A stretch of 64,000 nt of DNA from Octopus sinensis (lineage: Eukaryota), in the NCBI RefSeq assembly GCF_006345805.1, contig NC_043007.1:69192001-69256000 (forward strand), read 5' to 3'. Positions 54,538 through 64,000 of this stretch are shown in pieces. The notes beneath the pieces were generated by a model. That model ran no database searches. It worked only from the letters and a program-made list of their open reading frames with translations, and was not told where the DNA came from. The position numbers and the translations under genes were made by a program. Position 1 is the stretch's first letter. The number at the start of each line of letters is the position of its first letter.

Positions 54538-54755
54538 AAGGCGGCGAGCTGGCTGAATCGTTAACACGCCGGACAAAATGCTTTGCGGCATTTCTTCCGT
54601 CTTTACGTTCTGAGTTAAAATTCCGCCGAGGTCGATTTTGCCGGTCATCCTTTCGGGATCGACAAATTAAGTACTAGTGAAACACTGGAGTCGATGTAAT
54701 TGAGTTATCCCCACCCGCAAAATTGCTGGCCTTGTGCCAAAACTTGAAATCAATA
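54538..54755 (+). mobile_element. SINE family A (alternative tail)
   Basis: Family A head with tail AAATTGCTGGCCTTGTGCCAAAA. Confidence 0.85.
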
Positions 54756-54803
54756 TCTAACTGCTCTTTTTAGCAGAATCAGTAATAATGTAACACGGTT
54801 TTG

Positions 54804-55040
54804 ACCGGAAGTGACGATAGTGATATGGAAGTTTAGGAGCCGGAATCGAAACCGAATATCATCCATTGCTGAGTGCATCGCGGTACCATCACGTCCCATT
54901 TATCCCTACAGAGCTCAACACTTTATTTCAATTACTATCTAGACAACAACATTGGTCTCATTGAAAAATCTCCATTCTTGTGTTCTTTAAAAGTTTGTCT
55001 GACAGCAAATTGTTGCTGTTTTTTGTAATTAAGATGGCGG
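54804..55040 (+). promoter_or_regulatory. Candidate promoter-like segment (ETS/half-CRE and YY1 motifs)
   Basis: ACCGGAAGTGACG at 54804-54816 and AAGATGGCGG at 55031-55040. Motif evidence only. Confidence 0.3.
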
Positions 55041-55124
55041 TTCGATTTTGTTGTTGTTGTTGCTGAGACATCACAGATTTAAAAATTATAATGTCTTTTC
55101 ATGTTTGTTGATATTGCTTTATAA

Positions 55125-55557
55125 ACATCTCCCTCTCTCTACTTTTCCTCTCTCTTTCCCCTACCCTTCTTCTTTCTCCTCCTCCTCCTCCTCCTTATTT
55201 CCCTCCCTTTTATTAGAGTCTCTTATTCTGTTTCGTCAGCCATATTGTTGATGTACCATTTAACAGTGTGCCGCTCTCATTTCCTCTCTCTTCCTCCTCT
55301 CTCTCTTTCTCCTCTCTCCCTCCCTCTCCCTCTTTCACACTCTCTCTGTCTCTCGCTGTCTCCATTTTTCTATCCTCCTCTTTTTTTAAAACTTTTCCTT
55401 ACCCTCAATTCTTTTCCCTCTCTATCATTTTCGGTCTCTTCACCCTCTCTCTCTCTCTTTCAGTATCTCTGTTAAAATTTTCCATTTAATCCTCCTTTTA
55501 CCAACTATCACTCCCACTCTTGAATGTGTATTTTTATTTCCGACTCTCTCTTTCTCC

Positions 55558-55606
<49 letters not shown>

Positions 55607-55741
55607 GCTTTTCCTTGTACTCAGTTCTATTCTTCCCCAAGTATCTTTTTCAACGTCTGTCACTCTACCTATCCGGCTCCCTTTCTCTTACTCTCCCCGC
55701 CATTCACAACCACTCCTTTTTCTGTCTGTCTGTTCCCTCAC

Positions 55742-55807
<66 letters not shown>

Positions 55808-55848
55808 TTTCTTTCTTTCTTTCTTTCTTTCTTCTTTCTTTTCTTTTT

Positions 55849-55885
<37 letters not shown>

Positions 55886-56520
55886 GTTTTCTCCTCTTCT
55901 TCTCCATCTATTATTTTTCCCTGTCTGTCTCTGCCTGTCTCTTACTCTCCTTACTCTCATTGCCTGTCTCAAACTCTTCCCTACTCTCTCTGTCTGTCTC
56001 TCTATCTGTTTTTCTATCTCTCTCTCTCTCTCTTTCTCACGAACAGACACACTCTCTTACACCGTTCAGTCTCACTTTCTCCTTCACAATCACTTTCATA
56101 ATCATTTCTCGTTCTTTCTTTTCGTTGGAGCTATTATAATAAATACTCCTTAGTTATTATATATTTAAAAAAAACACTCTCCCTCTCTTTCTCTCTCTCA
56201 TTCTCTTTCTCTCTCTCATTCTCTTTCTCTCTCTCATTCTCTTTCTCTCTCTCATTCTCTTTCTCTCTCTCATTCTCTTTCTCTCTCTCATTCTCTTTCT
56301 CTCTCCCTCTCTTTCTCTCTCCCTCTCTTTCTCTCTCTCATTCTCTTTCTCTCCCCCTCTCTTTCTCTCTCTCATTCTCTTTCTCTCTCTCATTCTCTTT
56401 CTCTCTCTCATTCTCTTTCTCTCTCTCCCTCTCTTTCTCTCTCTCATTCTCTTTCTCTCTCTCTCTCATTCTCTTTCTCTCTCCCTCTCTTTCTCATACA
56501 CACACCTCCCTACCTATCTT
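55125..56520. repeat. 1.4-kb polypyrimidine/polypurine tract with (CT)n, (CTTT)n and an 18-bp minisatellite
   Basis: Unit CTCTTTCTCTCTCTCATT is repeated over about 56180-56495. Confidence 0.95.
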
Positions 56521-56849
56521 TCAATCACTTCTTTGCTTTACATATCCTTCTTCCGCGTTTACTCTATTACCACACCTCTCTCCCGCACACGCATATACTA
56601 TCAATCTCTTCTGCCTCTACTCACCCCTGCCGCTCTCACCCATCCTTCTCCCCTTATTTTCCATCTCCTCTTCATTGTCATCACATTTATTTCCTACTAC
56701 TTCACTCACTCTCCTCCCACTACTTATACTTTTTCTCACGATCATTCATTTTCATCTCTTATCTTCTCACTTCCGCTTCTTTCGTCTGCCGCATCTCCTT
56801 TCCACCCTTCGCTTCTCCACAATTGGGCCTCCTGCTTTACACACGCAAA

Positions 56850-56854
56850 GCACA

Positions 56855-56895
<41 letters not shown>

Positions 56896-57038
56896 ACACA
56901 TTGACACACACACATTATATATATATATATATATATAAAATAATATATATGCATGTATATATATATATATATGTACATATATATATACATATATACATAT
57001 ATATATACATATATATATACATATATTTATATACATAT

Positions 57039-57085
<47 letters not shown>

Positions 57086-57683
57086 CGCGCGTATGTATGT
57101 ATAAAGTGGGTACATGTAGGTACATCTATGGAGTAAAATGGTGGAAGTTGAAAAGTAGGCATATTTGTGTGTGTGTATGTCTTTCCATGCATTTATATTG
57201 TATGTATTATACATCAATATATAATACGCACTCATACCGTATATGTATTTGTGTGTGTATATATATGTGTGTATGCAATTTCATGTTTATGATTATGGGT
57301 GTCTATATACATATGTACTCGTAAATACTCGCACAGACGCACCTCTACAAGCAAGCACTCACATACACAGACACATACAGGCACACACACACACACACAT
57401 ATGCACACACACACACACTAACACACACACACAAACAGCCATCCTCGTGTTTGTTTACGTCTGTAGGTTTTGTTTACAGTCATGTATGTCTGTGTAATTT
57501 CTATCTTGTCTCTTCTGTACTTTTGTATCATGTTCAATTTTTTTTTATATATGTATCTTGTGGTTTGTTTTGTTTCACGGGTGGTTGGGTGTGAGTGGGT
57601 TGGGGGGCTATGTGTGTAAAAAGTGTGTATGTTTATATGTGTCAATAATATATATAATACATATATATATATAATAGATATAT

Positions 57684-57739
<56 letters not shown>

Positions 57740-58805
57740 CATATATATATATATATATCTATATAACATATATATATATATATATATAAATATAAATATA
57801 CTATATATATATTGCATATAACCTATATTTATATATGTCATCTATATGTCTATCTTTCTTCTATCTATATCATATATATATGTTATATATATTTATCATA
57901 TATAATAGGTGTATACATTGTATATATATATATATGTGTGTATATACTATATATATGTATATATATCTATCATGTATATATTATATATGTATATATATAT
58001 ATATATATATGTATGTATATATATTATTCATGCGTGTGTGTGTGTGTGCGTGTGATATATGTTTGCATATATCTGAGTGAATGTGTGCATGGGTTTCTGT
58101 GTGAGTTTGTGAGCGTGCATGTGAATGGGTGTCTGTGTGTTGCGTACACGCGTTTTATGTTTGGTAATTTCTTCAAAGAGGCGAAAACAAGTTGTTTTTT
58201 TATTCCACCGAATAAACATTCGTAAGCGAGCTTCCCTCCCTCCCTGTACTCCATAGCTTGGGCAACATACATGAACAACCCCAGGAATCAATAAGCTTCC
58301 GTTCTAGCAGGAACCGAACTCAAAGCTTGTAGTCTTTGATGTCCCACTTGTTTTCGTTAATCTCTTTATGAAAAATTTCGGTTAATGCGCCGTACCGCTT
58401 TTTTAAAGAATTGCTTTACTCCTCCATAAAAATACATTGATAGAAATAAAAAAAAAAAATTATATAATATATGCATAAAAACGATAGTTAAAAATATATA
58501 AAGAAAAAATATGGAAGAAAATTTATAACACAAAAAAAGATGAAGAGGTTGGCAGTATTCCTTACGTGTATTCTTGCTGGAGTGCAAATCTGTTGTGTAT
58601 GTGAAAATTATAATACAGAGGTTAAATGAGTTGTCTGCATGTGTATGGTGTGGTGTATGCATGTATGTGTGTACGTTTGTGTTTGAGTGTGTAAGTGTGT
58701 GGGCTGTGTCTGTGTGTGCTAGTGTCTGCATGTGTGCATATGCATGTATAAATGTATATATTTGTGGTGTATATATAATATATATATATATATATATTAT
58801 ATATA

Positions 58806-58836
<31 letters not shown>

Positions 58837-58893
58837 CTTGTGTTGTGTGTGTGTATGTATATACAAATCTATCTACATCTATTTATCTACCTT

Positions 58894-58934
<41 letters not shown>

Positions 58935-59510
58935 GTTTATATATACACACATTCATATACCCATTTCTATGTATATTCATGAAGAAAAAGAGACAGACAG
59001 ACCGATTGACGTAGTGTTTGCATTCCTAATAAAGGAATGGTATAATCGCAAAACAACAATCGACACTTCTCTAAAAGTAAACAAATGTCTCTCATTTGAC
59101 GATTTTCCAATGCTATAAGTATTTCTATAACGGGTAATCTTTTATACTTTCGCATCAACTCTATGTAAGATAGATATTTATTTATTTAGAGACGGTGTTG
59201 AGCACTCTATCATCTGGAGCAGAGATGGAGGTATTGTGAATCCTTGATTGTATGTATGTATGTATGTATGTATGTATGTATTAGTATGTATGTATGATGT
59301 ATGTATGTATGTATATATATATTTAAATATATATAAATGTATATATATATATATATATATATTATATATCATATATATATATAAAACATTTATATATAGT
59401 ATATATATGGCTAAATATTTAATTTGGGCGTGTATATATGTGTATATGCAAGCATGCGTATTAATAAGTATATACTCATAATTATGTATAAATAAACAAG
59501 TATATACATG

Positions 59511-59545
<35 letters not shown>

Positions 59546-59602
59546 ATATATATGTGTGTATTTATATATATGTATGTATATATATATATATATATATATA
59601 TC

Positions 59603-59673
<71 letters not shown>

Positions 59674-59690
59674 TGAATATGTATGTATGT
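56850..59690. repeat. Compound (TA)n/(CA)n/(TATG)n microsatellite field
   Basis: Read directly from the sequence. Confidence 0.93.
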
Positions 59691-59926
59691 ATTAAAAAAA
59701 TTTAGTCGTCGCTCATAGGCGAGTACGAACTTATGAATTCTACCTTGCTGTTGCTTGTTGTTTTGGGTACCTATAGGGGTAGCAAGAGATTGATATCTTA
59801 CGTATGATTGCATGCCTATAGGTTTAAAAAGACCTGAAGATCATGACTGGATCGTCTTTGATGAAAAGTTTGCTCGATCAGGATGACGCAGGGCTAAGCA
59901 TCAAAACCACCATCTCACGCATTATA

Positions 59927-60158
59927 AGGCGGTGAGCTGGCAGAACCGTTAGGACGCCGGGAGAAATGCGTAGCCGTATTTCGTCTCCCGTTACGTTCTG
60001 AGTTCAAATTTCGCCGAGGTCGACTTTGCCTTTCATCATTTCAGGGTCGATAAATTAAGTACCAGTTACGCACTGGGGTCGATATAATCGACTTAATCCG
60101 TTTGTCTGTCCTTGTTTGTCCCCTCTATGTTTCGCCCCTTGTGGGTAATAAAGAAACA
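59927..60158 (+). mobile_element. SINE family A with 16-bp TSD
   Basis: CATCTCACGCATTATA at 59911-59926 and CATTTCACGCATTATA at 60159-60174. Confidence 0.92.
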
Positions 60159-60715
60159 CATTTCACGCATTATACTACATCTCAACAACGTTCAACAATG
60201 TACCTACCATATCTCACACTAGGGTGTATATTTCAGCCCTGAATATAGGGTTGATTTCTTCAAAGTAGTATTTGTAATAACCCTTAATTTTCAGAGGAGT
60301 TAGAGTGAAATAGAGGAGCAACATCAGTTCACATATTGGTTTTATATTAAAATTCCAGTGCAAAAAATTAAATACCGAATTTGCTCATAAATATAACAGC
60401 AGAGTAATTTGACGCTAATGAGGAATATATAACGATTTCAAAATTGCATTACTTTTTCCCGGTTTTAATAATTTACATATTCTGAGAAAAAGTGAAGTTG
60501 TAATTTGCTACAGTCGCTGTTTTTAAATGATTAGTTGGAAAAATGTCAGTACTCTCACCCTTTTTCAAAGTTTCTATGATTTAAGTGCGCCTTCTGGGAT
60601 AAGTCTGGATTTTTCATTAGAAAAAGAACAGCGTTTTCGTATATTATATAATGTATTTATGTTCGTAACTTTTAAAATCACTTTATAACTTTATTCCATA
60701 TATTAATATTTACAA

Positions 60716-61105
60716 CTAGCAGTATCACCCGGCGTTGCTCGGGTTTGTTTCGACCCTTTAGAATTGGAATTTTTGAAAAGTAAAACTTTTGCATTATGTA
60801 GCTTGTTATTCTCTTTAAGTGAACATTTTTCTGGTTGAAATACACCGAAAAATGGCGACACAGCAGTCAAAAATCGTAAAAATATGGATTTTCATAGAAA
60901 AAAAGCACCTTTTTCATGTAAATAATTTTTGGTGTTAACATGGTCCGATTTGAATTTTATCTTCTACGGAATGAAGAGCAAGCCTTCTTCTATCATGTTC
61001 TCAATTTTGGTCAACTTGCGCTGCAGGGTCTCGGAAGAGATAGTGTTAGTTGAAGGCTACCAAACCTGCAATACACAGACAACTTCAGCGTTATATATAT
61101 ATAGA
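60716..61105 (-). mobile_element. Complete non-autonomous Helitron (sister of 52150-52587)
   Basis: A|TCTATATATATATAACGCTGAAG...CCCGAGCAACGCCGGGTGATACTGCTAG|T. Confidence 0.87.
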
Positions 61106-61689
61106 TTACGCTTTAGCACGCTGGTCATAACGCTTAGTGGCATTTCGCCCGCCTTTACGTTCTGAATTCGAATTCCACCGTGGTCACCTTCACCTTTCAT
61201 CCTTTCAAGGCCGATGACTTACCCCTCCACGGAAATTGCTGGCCTTGTGCCAAAATTTGAGATTATATTTATAATTACACTTTTACAATAACAGTATTTA
61301 TACTTGCCTTATTTGCAAAATTTTCTTTAATGCGGTTCTTCTAGATTGCACTTGATTTGTGTATATTAAACATTTGATATGACACTCAAATGCTTAATAT
61401 GAAAATGCTTTTACGTGAATTCTAAAGTGTTGCAAATGTACAAATAGATCTGGTTACAGATTAAAGTACCCATGGCTCGCATGTCAATACCGTAATTACA
61501 CAGTATGTGTTGCATATATATTCTATATACTGTAATGTAATATAATTGTCCATCGTTGTCGACAATGATCCAGGACATCACATGGGAGAAACAGATGGGG
61601 CATGGCCTGTGTGGCTGTGGCCGATCAGTCCAACGCTTGCACGGAAGAATCTGCTGCAGGTCCGGCACCAGTAGCCTACTAGGAATGAA

Positions 61690-61960
61690 GGCTAGAATTT
61701 TTATCCGGATATGCTCACACCAAAGGACTTGAAATGGCATGGCACCAGGCTCTGACTCAATCCCAGCTGAAATATACACGGCAGTGTGGTAGTGGTGGTG
61801 GGAAGCAGTCTTGGTACAAAAGCTCACCAACCTCTTTCGGACCATGTGGAAACAGGAAATTGTTCGTCAAGAGATCGAGATTTCTATTGTCGAAATTTCT
61901 ATTGTCCATCTCTACAAGAGAAAGGGAAAAAGCAGTCCTATGACAACTATCAAGGAATAT
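61690..61960 (+). mobile_element. RTE-clade LINE, RT N-terminal fragment
   Basis: MAPGSDSIPAEIY..VLVQKLTNLFRTMWKQE..IVHLYKRKGK..DNY.GI. Confidence 0.68.
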
Positions 61961-61992
61961 ATACTGTAATATATCTAAAGAACGTATAATGT

Positions 61993-62425
61993 CTACTCTC
62001 TTTACTCTCTTTTCTCTTTTACTTGTTTCAGTCATTTGACTGCGGCCATGCTGGAGCACCGCCTTTAGTCGAGCAAATCGACCCCGGGACTTATTCTTTG
62101 TAAGCCCAGTACTTATTCTATCGGTCTCTTTTGCCGAACCGCTAAGTTACGGGGACGTAAATATACCAGCCAGCATCGGTTGTCAAGCAATGTTAGGGGG
62201 ACAAACACAGACACACAAACACATACACACACATACATACATATATATATATATATATACGACAGGCTTCTTTCAGTTTCCGTCTACCAAATCCACTCAC
62301 AAGGCATTGGTCGGCCCGGGGCTATAGCAGAAGACACTTGCCCAAGATGCCACGCAGTGGGACTGAACCCGGAACCATGTGGTTGGTTAGCAAGCTACTT
62401 ACCACACAGCCATTCCTGCGCCTAT
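61993..62425 (-). mobile_element. SINE family B, young full-length copy
   Basis: Near-identical reverse complement of 18273-18716. Confidence 0.9.
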
Positions 62426-62684
62426 CTACGCCACACTACGCCTATATTGATATTAAAAGTTTTGATGCTTACATATAGCAGTATATACCGTATTGATAAT
62501 ATGTTCTATGGGCAATATAATAACTGTGTGTGACGGGTGGCCAGACCAGTCATTACACATATAGCCATATGGATTTTAATTCAATTTTATTGATCGCCTC
62601 ATACAGGAAAACGTCATTCATAAATTATGATAACTAAATACCTATCATAGTTTCTATGTTTACATTATTGCATAGAAGTATATA

Positions 62685-63245
62685 CAGGGTGTCCATAAAG
62701 TCCCTTTACAACTAAAAAAATTATTACAAAGGCAGTTGATGAGATATTTTAACCAGATTTCTTTTATTTTAATAATTGTTTATTAAAGTTTTTATTGATA
62801 TTAAATTTTTATGTTTCAAATACTCTGTTGATGGAAAGGAACTGATTCACTGAACCCCTATAAAATGGCTTCTCCTCATGAAAAGGCACAATGTGTATCC
62901 TGGTTTATTGAGACAAATGTCCCTCCATTGGACTTCTTTTTATGGGGTTATGCAAAAGATATCATGTATTGAACAAAGATACAGGACATTGCTGACTTGA
63001 AGCAAAGGATTCGTAATGATATTGCCACCGTTGATAAGGTTATTCTACAGCGAACATGGCAAAAAATCGAGTACCGTCTTGATGTGCTTCGCGCAACTAA
63101 TGGTGTCCATATTGAGGTCTATTAAATAACAGTTAAAAATCTTTAATAAACAATTATAACAATAAAACAAATCTGGTTAGGATATCTTGTCAACTGTCTT
63201 TGTAATAAAATTTCAAAATTGTAAAGAGACTTTATGGACATTCTG
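62685..63245 (+). mobile_element. 561-bp Tc1/mariner deletion derivative (MITE-like) with long TIRs and TA TSD
   Basis: TA|CAGGGTGTCCATAAAGTCCCTTTACAA ... TTGTAAAGAGACTTTATGGACATTCTG|TA, with imperfect TIRs extending about 120 bp. Internally MASPHEKAQCVSWFIET is fused to PLDFFLWGY..LDVLRATNGVHIEVY. Confidence 0.9.
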
Positions 63246-64000
63246 TACAATATTGGTAGTATATTCTATGCGCAATATACTGATGGTGTGTGACACATAT
63301 TAAGACAAGATCTAACACATGGCCACGTGAATTTCATTACAGTTTAATTGATCGCCTCGTATAAGAAGACATCACTCATTAATTATTATAATTAAGTACT
63401 TATCATAATTCTATGTCTATATTATGCTTAAGTAAATAAAGAAATATAAACAGCTATTGGTATGAAGAAATAAATGTGGTACGGTCTTATAGGGTTAGTA
63501 TAACACAAAATACACAGAGTTTGCATGAATCCTAAATACTCAGCATTCCGTTAATATAATTTGTAAGAGCGATAACAAAATACAATTAGGATCTATTCCA
63601 TCTCAATCATAGGTTTTTTAATTAATGTTTTTTTTAACTAAACAGTTTGAAACTTTGAGAGCTAAATGTCACCACTCTGTTCGAAGAATCGCAGCTAACT
63701 TTTTGTTCTTGACGTATATGTAGTTTTAAAATGCCTTATTTTACAACTATGAGATGCATTGTTATTGTTATGATTTTATCTTACTATGATCAACAACAAA
63801 TACATTTCGTCAATATAAAAGTCTTTATTAGATAAAACATAATATTATCAAAACATGAAGGCAAAACAAAACAAATAGCGGCTTATACCCAGGAAAATAC
63901 GGTAATTGTAGTGGCAGTAACAAGTTCGCTCGCTGGTTGCTAATTGATAGTGTAGAAAGGAGAGGAAAGAGTAAGGAATGCACAGAGCTGACTAGAAAGG

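Overview
AT-rich eukaryotic DNA saturated with microsatellites and repeats. The SINE, maT and Wnt content points to a coleoid cephalopod, probably Octopus; this is an inference. The only host coding sequence I can support is one 236-bp internal exon of a Wnt2-like gene on the minus strand (3388-3623). It has canonical splice sites and the intron phases expected for Wnt2 exon 2. The next exon lies left of the window, and the first (signal-peptide) exon could not be located with confidence, so most of the window is intron 1 and/or upstream DNA. The rest is a graveyard of mobile elements: at least four tRNA-derived SINE families, three R4/Dong-like RLE LINE fragments, CR1 and RTE fragments, Penelope-like GIY-YIG fragments, Tc1/mariner remnants including a TIR-intact MITE, several non-autonomous Helitron families and a possible Gypsy gag remnant. 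There are also tandem duplications and a 100-N gap. Almost all ORFs in the supplied track are microsatellite translations. I found no clearly new biological system. The best lead is a composite Penelope 3' module (GIY-YIG stop, tRNA-Arg-like Pol III cassette, (TAA)n, minimal hammerhead ribozyme). It occurs in fold-back copies, one of which places a hammerhead motif in sense orientation 1.5 kb upstream of the Wnt2 acceptor. All homology calls are from recognition of motifs, not database searches, and repeat boundaries are approximate unless TSDs or TIRs are given.
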